A stretch of DNA of 64,000 bases, from positions 704,001 to 768,000 of the forward strand of contig CBDBKE010000004.1 of the NCBI GenBank assembly GCA_965206645.1, written 5' to 3'. How positions within the stretch are numbered: the first letter of the stretch is position 1; each line of letters starts with the position of its first letter. The position numbers and the translations under genes are program-made. This DNA comes from Terriglobia bacterium (lineage in GTDB: Bacteria > Acidobacteriota > Terriglobia > JAJPHL01 > JAPKYU01). The notes under the pieces are model-generated. The model searched no databases. It was not told where the DNA came from and worked only from the letters and a program-made list of their open reading frames with translations. Below are positions 52,145 to 62,530 of the stretch, piece by piece.

Positions 52145-54067
52145 TCAGTACCGGTCGCCGGCGCCGTTGCCCAACGGAAGCGCCAGCGTAAATTTCGAGC
52201 CGCGGCCCGGCCCGCTCTCCACCAGCACCGTGCCGCCGTGGTGGCTGGCAATTTCTTTCACGATGGAAAGCCCCAGCCCCAACCCCGGCTGCCCGGAGCC
52301 CTGGGCGTTTTCGCTGCGATAAAAACGATCGAAGATGCGAGCCTGATCAGCAGCCGCGATTCCGGGGCCCTGATCGCTCACCTCCAGGAAGGCCATACCC
52401 AGGTCCGCGTTCGCGCGAACCGTCACCTCGACCGCGCTGCTTTCCGGTGAATACTTGATGGCGTTGCTCAGCAGATTATACAGTGCGAATTCCAGCAACT
52501 CGGAATCGCCCACGGTCTCTAGTTCCCCGCTGGTCACCGCCCGGACTTGGATGTTCTTGCGTTCGGCCAACGGCTGGACCCTTTCCATGGTTCGTTCCAC
52601 CAAGGACCGCAGCGGCACCGATTGACGGCGCAACTCCATTTCGCCCGCCGAGAGACGCTCGACGTCCAGAAACCGTTCCACCAGCGTGGCCAGGCGTCGC
52701 GACTCGCGGTGGATGAGCTCGGTCAACTGCTGCCGCCGGGCCTCATTCAACGGGTATCGACTCATGACTTCGCTGGAGCCCTGGATGGCAGTCAGCGGCG
52801 AGCGCATCTCGTGGGCGACCAGATCCAGGTGGTCCCGGAAGCGCCGGCTGGTCGCGTCGGCGGCCACAAGACGACGCCAGACGGTCAGGTACTGGAAGAT
52901 GCCACCGACCAGCAATGGTCCCCACAAGGCCAGCGAGAAGGAGAAGGCGGGCGCGAGCAGTTGCCGGCTGGTGAACAAAACGTAAGGCACGGTGTGCGCG
53001 GCAACGGCAACGACCGTCAGGGCCACAGCCAGCCAGACGCCCGTGAGCGTCCGCAGCGCCGCCGCCACCACGGCGGCGATGCCCGCCATGATGGCAAGCG
53101 ACGTTGTCGCGCGCAGCGGCTCGAGGAAGCTGTCGGTCATCAACATGTGGAGAATATGGGCGTGGATTTCCACGCCCGGCATGCCACGGCCCGGACTGGA
53201 AAACGGCGTGAACAGGCGGTCGCCTGCCCCCTGCGCCGTCACCCCGAGTAGTACTGCCCGGCCGGCAAAAGTGTCCGGCGTCAGTTCTCCCGTCACTACC
53301 TGACCGAGGCTGTAGCGGGGAAAAACTCCCTCGCCACCGGCGTAGTTGATCAGCAGCGCGCGCCGGCGCTCACGCGAAGCGGGAATCATATGGCTGCTCA
53401 CCGCCAGCGTGCGCTCGTCTTCGACGACCGGCCCGCTCTGGCCGGTTTGGATGCGTAGCGCTTCCAAGGCAAGCGCCCAGCGCCTCTCGCCCGCGACGGA
53501 CTTGGCCAGCAGGATCCGCCGGCTGACCCCATCCAGGTCAGGATCCGCATGCACATGCCCGATCGCTGCGGCCGCCTCCGCAAAGGATGGGAGCGGGTGG
53601 AGCCAGCGCGCCGGGCGCGGATCGGCAGGATCTTTCTTAACCAGTGGCTTGACCGGTGGCTTGACCAGTGGCTTAACCAAGCCGCCGGCCAGGACCGTCT
53701 GCGGGCAAGCCTGCAGGGCGGCAAGCAGCGCCTGGTCTCCTTCCGGGTTGGAGGGCTCGGGAAACAACAGGTCCAGTGCGATCACATTGGGACGGCCGCT
53801 ACAAATGCGCGTCAAAGCAGCCGCCACCAGACTGCGGTCCAGCGGGAGATTCCCGAAGCGCGCCAGGGTTTCGTCATCAATGGCCACAATGGCAATGCGC
53901 TCGACACCCGCCTTCTGTTCGCCCCGCAGGCGAAACAACAGGTCGGCGGCGTACTGGTTCATTTGCGCTCCGTAGGCGCTCCAGCCTAGCGCGGTTACCG
54001 CGAGCAGGCTGAGCGTAACCAGCACCGTGAAACCCAGCAGTTGAGATAAAGAATGCTTCGAACGCAT
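52145..54067 (-). CDS. CHASE2-domain sensor histidine kinase
   Basis: IVAIDDETL, DLDGVSRR, GMPGVEIHA (CHASE2); three TMs; AHEMRSPLT, NLLSNAIKYS, DQGPGI, GLGLGL. Confidence 0.92.
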   Translation of the reverse strand: MRSKHSLSQLLGFTVLVTLSLLAVTALGWSAYGAQMNQYAADLLFRLRGEQKAGVERIAIVAIDDETLARFGNLPLDRSLVAAALTRICSGRPNVIALDLLFPEPSNPEGDQALLAALQACPQTVLAGGLVKPLVKPPVKPLVKKDPADPRPARWLHPLPSFAEAAAAIGHVHADPDLDGVSRRILLAKSVAGERRWALALEALRIQTGQSGPVVEDERTLAVSSHMIPASRERRRALLINYAGGEGVFPRYSLGQVVTGELTPDTFAGRAVLLGVTAQGAGDRLFTPFSSPGRGMPGVEIHAHILHMLMTDSFLEPLRATTSLAIMAGIAAVVAAALRTLTGVWLAVALTVVAVAAHTVPYVLFTSRQLLAPAFSFSLALWGPLLVGGIFQYLTVWRRLVAADATSRRFRDHLDLVAHEMRSPLTAIQGSSEVMSRYPLNEARRQQLTELIHRESRRLATLVERFLDVERLSAGEMELRRQSVPLRSLVERTMERVQPLAERKNIQVRAVTSGELETVGDSELLEFALYNLLSNAIKYSPESSAVEVTVRANADLGMAFLEVSDQGPGIAAADQARIFDRFYRSENAQGSGQPGLGLGLSIVKEIASHHGGTVLVESGPGRGSKFTLALPLGNGAGDRY

Positions 54068-54314
54068 GCAGGCTGATCTGGAATCGCCCTAATTCGTCTT
54101 CATTGTACCAGAGGCGCCAGGTTGGTAGCAGACGCTGGTCTATCGGGCGCAAAGACTACAAGACCGCCCAGTTCGGCGAAAGCAGGCACCGTGGAGACCA
54201 AACCTTCCAAGCCTGAACAGGCAGGGATGCCTGTCCCCAAGATTAGGCAGTGCGCCAGTTTCCGGTATGCCGACTATTCGCCCAACTGAAGCCGGGCCAA
54301 CTGAAGCCGGGATT

Positions 54315-54342
54315 GATAAACGCTAGCCCGTTAGTAGGGACT
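54315..54342 (+). other. 28-bp putative recombination site, L form (copy B)
   Basis: GATAAACGCTA-GCCCGT-TAGTAGGGACT followed by TATCCGGCA. Confidence 0.65.
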
Positions 54343-54412
54343 TATCCGGCATTCCTGGACATGCGACCCGGCAGGCTGTAGCCTTGGTCAATCGCTTTCC
54401 AGGAGGGCAGCC

Positions 54413-57351
54413 ATGCGCAGGTCCTTGATTCGTAGCGTGGGGCCGGGAATGGCGCTGCTAGCGCTCGGGCTGCTAGCCATCGCGGTGCTGGAGCTGGGTT
54501 CCGACCCTAGCCTTGCCGACAAGCCATACTTCCCAGCAAGAACTCCCGCGGCCAACAAGCCGCAGGTTGTGGAGAACTACGGCAAGCTGCCGCTGAGCTT
54601 TGAAGCCAATCAGGGCCAGACCGACAGCTGGGTGGACTTCCTGTCGCGGGGAAGTGGCTACACGTTGTTCTTGACCCCTACTGAGGCCGTGCTTGCTTTG
54701 CGCAAACCCACTGCGTCTGAGGTTGGCGCTGCGTCTGAGGTTAGCAAGGTTGAGGTGGCAAGGTTGAGAGCAACTCGGACACGGAGGAAGCGGTGCTGCG
54801 CATGAAGTTGGTTGGCGCCAATCCATCGTCTCGGGTATCAGGGCTTGAGGAGCTTCCCGGCAAGAGCAACTACTTCCTGGGAAACGACCCAAAGAAATGG
54901 CGCACCAACGTCCCACATTACGCCAAGATTCAGTACAAGGACGTCTACCCGGGCGTGGACTTGGTTTATTACGGCAACCAGCGGCAGCTGGAGTACGACC
55001 TGATTGTCACCCCCGGAGCCAATCCTGAGGCTATCCAGCTCGCCTTTGAGGGTGAAGATGACCTGGAAATAGATGCCCAAGGCGACCTGGTGCTCGACAG
55101 CGACGGTGGTCAAGTCCGCCTGCACAAGCCGTTTGTCTATCAGCAGGTAGACGGTGTTCGGCAGGAAATCTCCGGGGCCTACGTGCTCAACGGCGGCCGC
55201 CAGGTCAGCTTCGAGGTGGCCGCGCATGATGTCGGCAAGCCTCTCATTATTGATCCTGTGCTGAGCTACTCCACCTACCTCGGCGGCAGTGCCAGCGGCA
55301 CCAACGAGACTGGCTTCGGCATCGCCGTGGACGTCTCCGGTAACGCTTACGTGACAGGGCAGACAGCTTCGACTGACTTCCCGACGGCGAGTCCCCTCCA
55401 GGCCGCTCACGGCGGCGGCTCTGACGACCTCTTCGTAACCAAGCTCAACGCCGCAGGTTCCGCCCTCCTCTACTCCACCTACCTCGGCGGCAGTGGCCGT
55501 GACGAAGGCCTCAGCATCGCGGTGGACGCCGCCGGCAACGCCTATGTGACAGGCTTTACCAGGTCGACCAACTTCCCCACTGCCAGCCCCTTCCAGGCCG
55601 CTCATAGCGGTGGCGTCAATGATGTCTTCGTGACAAAGCTAAATCCCGACGGCTCTGCTCTCGTCTATTCCACCTACCTCGGCGGCACTTCAAGTGAGGA
55701 AGGCACCGGCATAGCGGTAGACGTGACCGGCAACGCCTACGTGATAGGCTCGACGAGATCGGCGAACTTCCCCACGGCGAATCCCTTTCAGGCCACAATT
55801 GGCAGCACCTTCGATAACTTCGTAACGAAGCTGAACGCTGCCGGCTCCGCCCTGGTCTACTCCACCTACCTGGGCGGCACCGACTTTGAAACGGACGCCG
55901 CCATCACCGTAGACTCCTCCGGTAACGCCTACGTGACGGGCACCACCATGTCGACCGACTTCCCCACGAGCTTCGGAGCTTTTGACACAACCTTAGGCAC
56001 AGATGGCAGTGGTAATGGTGGCATCGCCGACGCTTTCGTAGCGAAGTTCAATGCCGCCGGCTCCGCTCTCGTTTACTCCACATACCTTGGGGGCAGCAGC
56101 CTAGACGAAGGCCTCGACATTGCCGTGGACGCCGCCGGCAACGCCTATGTGACAGGCTCTACCAGGTCGACCAACTTCCCCACTGCCAGCCCCTTCCAAG
56201 TAGTTTTTAACGGCCCCATCGACGCATTCGTGACGAAGTTGAATGTTGCCGGCTCCGCCCTGGTCTACTCCACCTACTTGGAAGGTGCTGGGTCTCGCAC
56301 CCGCATCGCAGTAGACGCCTCCGGCAACGCCTACGTGACGGGCATTACCCCCGGGGGCCTCCCCACGGCGAATCCCTTTCAGGCCACTCACGCCGGCTTC
56401 GGCGACGCCTTCGTAATGAAGTTCAATGCTGCCGGCTCCGATCTGATCTACTTGAGCTACCTCGGCGGCAGCAACCAAGATTCAGGCCGTGGCATCGCTG
56501 TGGACTCCCTGGGCAACGCGTACGTGACAGGTACCACCGATTCGACCGACTTCCCGACGGCGAGTCCCCTCCAGGCAGCTCACGGCGGCGGCCAGTTCGA
56601 CGCATTCGTGGCCAAGATCACCATCCCCCCAACCCTGCCAACCAACTCCGTGGTCAACGGCGCCAGCTTCCGGCCGGCCGCGGAGGCGAATTCGGTCATC
56701 GCTCCGGGCGCGATAGTGGCCATTTTCGGGACGGACCTGGCGGGCGGTATCGAGGTAGCAACGGACGTACCACTTCCCACCACGCTGGGAGATACCAGCG
56801 TGACCTTCGATGATATTGCGGCCCCGCTGTTTTTCGTGTCGCCTACGCAGATCAATGCGCAGGTCCCGTTTGAGCTGATGACCGGGACGGGGATGGTCAT
56901 GGTGCAGGTGAGGCGGGGCAGTGAAACGAGCGAGGCGCAGCCGATCGGGATCGCGGCCGTATCGCCGGGCATTTTTACGCTGAACGAGCAGGGCACCGGC
57001 GCCGGGGCAATCCTTCACGCGGAAGACTTCCAGCCGGTGAACGACAGCGCCCCGGCACAGCCGGGCGAGTTCATCCTCATCTTTTGCACTGGGCTCGGTT
57101 CGGTACAGCCCGAAGTCCCATCCGGCGATGTTGCCCCCAGTACGGAGCCTCTGGCGCGAACCGTTACCCTACCAATGGTGAACATCGCTGGCATAGCCGC
57201 CGACGTGGCCTTCTCCGGCCTGGCCCCAGGGTTTGTGGGGCTCTACCAGGTGAACGCGCAGGTGCCGGCGGGTGTCCCGGCGGGTACGCAGGAGGTGGAA
57301 ATCCTCGTTAACAACGTGCCGGGTAACACCGTCACCATCGCCGTGCAGTAG
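54413..57351 (+). CDS. Secreted SBBP beta-propeller repeat protein with TIGR03437 C-terminus (frameshift near 54780)
   Basis: YGKLPLSFEANQGQTD N-domain (54413-54805) joins the 54793 frame; repeats YSTYLGG...IAVD..GNAYVTG.T.S..FPT; GFVGLYQVNAQVP. Confidence 0.85.
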
Positions 57352-57411
57352 CCTGCTCCGCCTCGGTCCAAGTCTCTAAGTACAAGACGCTTGCCTCAGA
57401 TTCAGCGGATA

Positions 57412-57439
57412 GGTCCCCACTAGTCGGTTAGCGTCTTCC
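57412..57439 (-). other. 28-bp putative recombination site, R form (copy D)
   Basis: Plus strand GGTCCCCACTA-GTCGGT-TAGCGTCTTCC, preceded by TTGCCTCAGATTCAGCGGATA, which is shared with copy F. Confidence 0.65.
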
Positions 57440-57465
57440 CGCTCTCTGTTCGTTCTCAAGAAACG

Positions 57466-57495
57466 AAAAGCCGCACCCCTTTGGGGATGCGGCTT
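57466..57495 (-). terminator. Rho-independent terminator of the aldo/keto reductase
   Basis: Hairpin AAGCCGCA-CCCC-TTT-GGGG-A-TGCGGCTT with an A-run that gives a U-tail on the minus strand. Confidence 0.65.
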
Positions 57496-57558
57496 CATGA
57501 TCTGACTCAACTTGAAAGCGATCCAGGCAAACAAGCCCGCGCAGGTCCGCAGCTGCCG

Positions 57559-58524
57559 CTAGTCGCCCTGATAGGCGGGGCGCGGCGGCCGGTAGTCCGC
57601 GGTCTTGATATTACGCTTCCAGGTTTCCAGGTGCGGGCCGGCGATCGGCTCGGCGCGCTTGCGCAGCGCGCTCATCTGGGTATCGCCGATGGGCTTGAAC
57701 CGCTGAGCAAAGCGCACGTCGTCTTCGATCTGGCCAACCGTTGTCGCGCCCAAAGTCACGCAGTGGATCGGCAGGCTCAGCACGTAGGCCAGACAGTCGT
57801 TCAGGCTCATGGTCTGCAACAGCTGGGCATTCGCCGTGCTCTTCATGGCCTGGATGCCCAAGCCTTGCTTGATCGCCTCGGGCAGGACTTTGGTCTCGAA
57901 GCTGAGGTAGGAGGGGTCGGCCGGGTGGAGCGGCATCAAGATCGTGTCGAAGTTCTTGTAACTCCGCAGCATCTCCAGGTGCGCAGCGGGGTCGTTGTGG
58001 CCGGTGAATCCGATAAAGCGGCACTTGCCGGCCTTCTTCGCCGCCTCGAACGCCTCGATGGCGCCGCCCGGAGCGAAGATCTTCTGCAAGTCTTCGTCGC
58101 TTTCGACCGAGTGAATCTGCCAGAGATCCACGTAGTCGGTCTTGAGCCGCTTGAGCGAGAGGTGCAGCTCTTCCTCGGCTTCTTTGCGCGTGCGCTTGTT
58201 TGACTTCGTGGTGATGAAGATTTCTTTGCGGAACGGCGGCATGACCGCCCCATAAACTTCTTCCGAGCGGCCATCCCAATAGCCGTGCGCGTTATCGAAG
58301 TAGTTGATGCCCAACTCGTAGGCTCGCAGAGTGACTTGCTTGGCCTCCTCGAACGAGATCAGCGGGAAACGTCCCCCGGCCTGGCCGACGATGGTGAGCT
58401 TTTCGCCGGTTTTGCCAAAGACCCTGGTCGGAATGTCGCCCGCTTCGAGCTTGCTCGCCCGAGCCGAAGTCCCGAGGACGGCGACGCCAGCCAGCGCGCT
58501 ACCCACAAAAGTTCTGCGATTCAT
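57559..58524 (-). CDS. Aldo/keto reductase with Tat signal
   Basis: MNRRTFVG; GINYFDNAHGY, FITTK, SLKRLKTDYVDLWQIH, RFIGFTGH. Confidence 0.9.
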   Translation of the reverse strand: MNRRTFVGSALAGVAVLGTSARASKLEAGDIPTRVFGKTGEKLTIVGQAGGRFPLISFEEAKQVTLRAYELGINYFDNAHGYWDGRSEEVYGAVMPPFRKEIFITTKSNKRTRKEAEEELHLSLKRLKTDYVDLWQIHSVESDEDLQKIFAPGGAIEAFEAAKKAGKCRFIGFTGHNDPAAHLEMLRSYKNFDTILMPLHPADPSYLSFETKVLPEAIKQGLGIQAMKSTANAQLLQTMSLNDCLAYVLSLPIHCVTLGATTVGQIEDDVRFAQRFKPIGDTQMSALRKRAEPIAGPHLETWKRNIKTADYRPPRPAYQGD

Positions 58525-58658
58525 AAATCCTCCCGTGAACAAGACTGCATGGGGACCATGCTGCCGCATCTGGCAACGAATTGATTCGTCTGTTTGTCAG
58601 GCGCCATAGCGGCTTCAAGTGTATCAGCCGGAGACAGTTGGCCAAGTGTCGCTGAACA

Positions 58659-58686
58659 AGTCCCCACTAATCGGTTAGCGTTTACT
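58659..58686 (-). other. 28-bp putative recombination site, R form (copy E)
   Basis: Plus strand AGTCCCCACTA-ATCGGT-TAGCGTTTACT. Confidence 0.65.
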
Positions 58687-58721
58687 TATCCACGTCGCAC
58701 CGCCCAGGCAGGCAGAACATT

Positions 58722-58749
58722 GGTAAACGCTAGCCCGTTAGTGTGGACC
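58722..58749 (+). other. 28-bp putative recombination site, L form (copy C)
   Basis: GGTAAACGCTA-GCCCGT-TAGTGTGGACC followed by TATCCGGCA. Confidence 0.65.
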
Positions 58750-58780
58750 TATCCGGCAACGCTGGTGACAAGGCGGCAGG

Positions 58781-59266
58781 TCACTTCGGCGGGTTCTCTT
58801 CAACGATGTCCGGCTTGAGCTTGCCGATGATCGTGAGCAGCTCCTCCTTCTCCTTGGCGGGCACCTTGAATTTGTCCAGCGTATCCACCAGGTGGTCCAC
58901 AACGACGTTGAACTCTTTCTCTGTGATGCCCAGCCCTGCGTGAACGGTCTTGGCATCTCGGCTGATGACCTTGCACGGCCCACCCGTGACGTTGCACACA
59001 AGATTGATGTTCTTCTGGATGAACGACTTCCGGGTGTCCGTACCCATCCCCTTGAAAAAAGGTCCGACCTTGGGATCGGTAAAGAGCTTCTCGGCGAAGT
59101 CGTTCACCACCGCTGAGATCGCTCCGTAGCCGCCGAGTCTCTCGTAGAGCGACTTCGTGTGGCTCTCAGCTTTTGTCAAAACCGGTACCGCGAGCAGCAA
59201 GAAAAGCGCCGCCACCGTCACGCCGAAAAAAGCAGAGTTCCTTGATTGTTCTCGAATGGTGTGCAT
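58781..59266 (-). CDS. Group I truncated hemoglobin with signal peptide
   Basis: SLYERLGG..AI.AVV.DF, VTGGPC, VHAGLGITEKEF; hydrophobic leader; AAGGAG RBS. Confidence 0.88.
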   Translation of the reverse strand: MHTIREQSRNSAFFGVTVAALFLLLAVPVLTKAESHTKSLYERLGGYGAISAVVNDFAEKLFTDPKVGPFFKGMGTDTRKSFIQKNINLVCNVTGGPCKVISRDAKTVHAGLGITEKEFNVVVDHLVDTLDKFKVPAKEKEELLTIIGKLKPDIVEENPPK

Positions 59267-59357
59267 GTCTTTCTCCTTGTCCAAGATTTCCTTTTTGGCC
59301 GTTTCTGATTTTCCGTTTCCTGCTGGCACGATTGTACGCTATCTACTTCGGTTCTTG

Positions 59358-60239
59358 CTACTGAAGCGGGTAGGCGCTCAGCACAAAATCCTTGCCTGGA
59401 AAATGGCAGCCAAAGCAGAGCGGGACGCCGTTACCAGCCGCCACCGGATTGGCACCAGAGGTAGTGCTGACGACCTCGTACCAAAACCAACCCTTGCCCC
59501 TGTCACTCTCGGCTTGCGTTTTTACCATGACCGCCCAGCCCTGAAGCTTGCCATTCCCGTCGTACATTTCCTTCACAGAGGCGGAGCCAACGGGGTGGGA
59601 GGTGCTACCCGCCCTCAGCGACGCATCGAGCTTGGGGTCCAAGAACACCCGGACCGGCCAGCCAAACTTCGTGTGCGGGCCACGCGTGGGGTGCGCGGCT
59701 GATTCCTTAGCGAATTGCTTGTATGAGCCGTCCCGCAAGTACTTGAACAGACGGTCTTTGTCGGTCGGAATCAGGCTATCCACACTGGCGCCCTCCGCGG
59801 TGGGCTCCAGGGCGGTAGCCATTGCACCGGACATGGCGCCTGCCATCTTCTTGAATTCCTCCGAGCGGCTGTCCATGGCCCGACCGCTCTTTGCCCCCTT
59901 GGCTGCTCGGAGCACCGGGTAGTATTGTGTGAAGACAAAATCCTCCGCAGCGCTGGCTGCGTGACAGGCGTTGCAAGCCCCCGCGGGAAACTTTTCTGCG
60001 GTGTCGGCCAGCGGATAGGAGTGACCAAAGCTGAAGTAGGCCCAGTTGCCGGGCTCATCCGGGAAGCGTTTGGAGTCCTTGATGGTGGCCTCCAATCCGA
60101 TGAACTCGCCCATGAAATAGCCCTTGCGCTGGTGGCCGCCTTCGAGCCCACACTGACCAACTCCTTGACCAGAATGGTGCCCTGGGGGAATTTCCCTGTC
60201 TTTTTGTAAGCTGCAAAATCGTCGGGATGGATGTATACA
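59358..60239 (-). pseudogene. Cytochrome P460-family di-heme protein, 3' part
   Basis: YIHPDDF...GTILVKELVSVG (1-bp shift near 60127) GYFMGEFIGLEATIKDSKRF..EPGNWAYF...CNACH; second domain SVKEMY...WAVMVK...GWFWYE...CFGCH. Confidence 0.85.
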
Positions 60240-60522
60240 CCAGGATGCGGTATCGCCCGAGCGGCCGGCCGACCATGGGCGAGAAGCCTCCCTCTTGGGA
60301 GCCATGCTACGCCCCACCCCCAGGCAAGTCAATGCGGCGACGGGGTAGGCTATACGAAGGGGCAAAGTGCTACACCCCCGCCACCCCGAGGAGCGCCACC
60401 CGTCACGGGCGCGTGCGCTCTCGGGACCGGAGACAGGAGCTTCCAAAAGTGCCCCCCCTGGCGCGCCTCCAGGTGTACCCCTGGACTCTAAGGCAAAGGA
60501 TCAAATATACTTTAAGTCCCCC

Positions 60523-60620
60523 ATGGGACGATTGAAGGCGATTTCCCTGTTCAGCGGCTGCGGAGGAAGTGACCTTGCACTCGAACGCGCGGGTTTCAAG
60601 ATCGTTTGGTCAAATGATAT
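60523..60620 (+). pseudogene. 5' fragment of a C5 DNA cytosine methyltransferase
   Basis: MGRLKAISLFSGCGGSDLALERAGFKIVWSNDI (motif I FxGxGG) ends exactly at the IS1380 IR. Confidence 0.8.
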
Positions 60621-60833
60621 CCGGAATTTCCTTTTGGGCCTTCCGGCGATTAAAAATATACACGCATCTGCGTCCCAGCGAGTACAATGTTTTCTCCGAG
60701 AGGACCATCGGCTCCGAGCGTCCCTTTCGGGGTCCCCTAAAACCGTCCAATCAGCATCCAAACCCAGCTTTTTCAGACAACTCTCCATACCTGGGGGATA
60801 GCGGCATCGTTTTCTTGTGTGCCGTAGCCCAGG

Positions 60834-62162
60834 CTATCCCGACGGGAGTGCCCATCCATCGATCCGCCCCAGCATGCTGGCAAACAGCCGTCGGGTCAAA
60901 TGGCCCTCGGCCAGCAGGAGCCAGTAGTACCGTGAGTGTTTTAGGAGCCGTCCTCCGGTTTTCACCAGCCGCTGCTGGAGGCTCGTCAAGGACCACTTCT
61001 CGATTCTCTGTGGCAGCACTAGCCGTCGCCATAGGTTGCCCAGGTTGTAGGCGATGATCGTCAGCCAAAGCCGTACCTCGTTAGATCGGAACTTGTGGCA
61101 ACTGAGCCGCGTCATCTTCACCGCCTGCTTGCCTTCCTTGATCCACTGTTCTGCGGTGCCGCGCTTGTTATAGAATCGCACCACCGCCCGATTCGGCAGC
61201 GTCAGATTCGTTACAATGAACCCCACTCGCGGGAACAACTCCCCGGAATGATGCTCTACTTTCGCCACCACCCTTCGAGCCGTCTTCCAACTGGCTGCCT
61301 GGTACAAGAACCCCTTGTACTCGACCAGCGGTTTCTTGGTGGGCCTTCCCACGGGGCGTTTCAGTAGCTCTTCGATGTCTCGCTGCAGAATATCGTTGGC
61401 CGGGATGCGAATTGCGTACTTCACACCCCGTTCCTCCAATGCCTCGTACACCTCCGGCTTGGCAAAGGCCGCGTCCGCCCGAAACGCAATCTCTTTTCCC
61501 ATTCTTTCCTGGCGCTCAATCTCGGGTAACAGGAGTTTCTCCCAACCCTCGGCACTGTGCACGTTGCCCGGACGCAGCTGGGCCGCCAGACAGTTGCCGT
61601 CTCGATTGAACAAAAGCAGCGGGTGATAGCAAGTGGACTCGAAGTGCCCGTTGTAGGCGCTCTGTTCCTGCTCCCCGTAGACCGGAATCTCGGTTGAGTC
61701 CATATCCAGCACCGCTCGGTAGTGCCACTGGAAGGCTTCGACCTTTCCGATCAGTTCCCGGTTGATCCGGGCTAACCCGACGAAGTTCTCCACCTTCGCC
61801 AGCATCTCCGTCTCGAAAGTTTGCAACCTGGAGGTCAGCGCCGCGCCTCGTTCCCAAGTCTTCTCTGAACCAATCAGCTGAAAGGTCGGGTCTTGCGACA
61901 GCCGCTCGGCATCATTTACATCCTCGTATCCAGCTAGGCGACTGTAGACCGACTGCCGCAGCAAGTCCGCGAAAGAAAACCGAGCATTGTTTGCCCGCGA
62001 ATCGGTCAAGTGCTCGTCAATGAGTTCGCTGAATCCCAGACGCTCATCCAACTCCCGGACCAGAATCAGTCCACCATTGGAAGTCACCCGTGATCCCTGA
62101 AACCCGACTCGCAGAAATCGGTTGAACGACAGCTGAAATCCCTGTTTTCCGCTCTCACCCAT
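60834..62162 (-). CDS. IS1380-family DDE transposase
   Basis: VTSNGGL, GYEDVNDA..L..DP, LDMDST, YHPLL, LRPGNVHSA, RADAAF, FYNKRGTAEQWIKEGK. Confidence 0.95.
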   Translation of the reverse strand: MGESGKQGFQLSFNRFLRVGFQGSRVTSNGGLILVRELDERLGFSELIDEHLTDSRANNARFSFADLLRQSVYSRLAGYEDVNDAERLSQDPTFQLIGSEKTWERGAALTSRLQTFETEMLAKVENFVGLARINRELIGKVEAFQWHYRAVLDMDSTEIPVYGEQEQSAYNGHFESTCYHPLLLFNRDGNCLAAQLRPGNVHSAEGWEKLLLPEIERQERMGKEIAFRADAAFAKPEVYEALEERGVKYAIRIPANDILQRDIEELLKRPVGRPTKKPLVEYKGFLYQAASWKTARRVVAKVEHHSGELFPRVGFIVTNLTLPNRAVVRFYNKRGTAEQWIKEGKQAVKMTRLSCHKFRSNEVRLWLTIIAYNLGNLWRRLVLPQRIEKWSLTSLQQRLVKTGGRLLKHSRYYWLLLAEGHLTRRLFASMLGRIDGWALPSG

Positions 62163-62268
62163 TGAGTTTACGCCTCCGAACGCTCCGATTGATGCTGCAA
62201 CCAGTATCAATATTGACGTTGGAGGTTAGCTGAAGGTTGCCGCTGCGTTTTCAAAAAGGAAATCCGGG

Positions 62269-62530
62269 ATACATTGTGGAAATCGGGGAAAGCAGCTTCA
62301 GGTGGATTCATGTCGTTCGGGGTAATCGGCGTACCGATATAGACCCACTCCCGGTAGCCTGTGGGTCGCATGAGTTTACCGTCCGCAGTGAAGCTGGGTT
62401 TCGACTTCCCACCATGCGAACTGGGCGGGGTCGCCGCAAATGTCGTCACAAACAGGGACACGACCATAACCAACGCTACGATGCTGGCGAAGGTGCGAGT
62501 GATACGACGGGACCTAATCGAACGACTCAT
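62269..62530 (-). pseudogene. Cytochrome P460-family protein, 5' part
   Basis: Signal peptide, then GKLMRPTGYREWVYIGTPITPNDMN...AAFPDFHNV, which joins YIHP across the insertion. Confidence 0.85.

Larger units (their letters stand above)
60240..62268 (-). mobile_element. IS1380 transposition unit (IS 60621-62268 plus 381-bp passenger)
   Basis: IRs CCGGAATTTCCTTTT (60621) and AAAAGGAAATCCGGG (ends 62268); direct repeat ATACA at 60235-60239 and 62269-62273. Confidence 0.85.

Noticed and set aside
54793-56620. Nucleotide repeats in the SBBP gene as a DGR template/variable pair
   Set aside because: They are ordinary propeller-blade repeats; no adenine-specific mismatch pattern was evident and there is no reverse transcriptase.
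27784-60130. Programmed frameshifting or phase variation at 1-bp shifts (27806, 35680, 43005, 44955, 54780, 60127)
   Set aside because: They are scattered over unrelated genes, often in short homopolymers. Sequencing error is the simpler explanation without read data.
59358-60446. 362-aa ORF as a complete gene
   Set aside because: Its N-terminus is IS passenger DNA and out-of-frame sequence; the true 5' end is at 62530.
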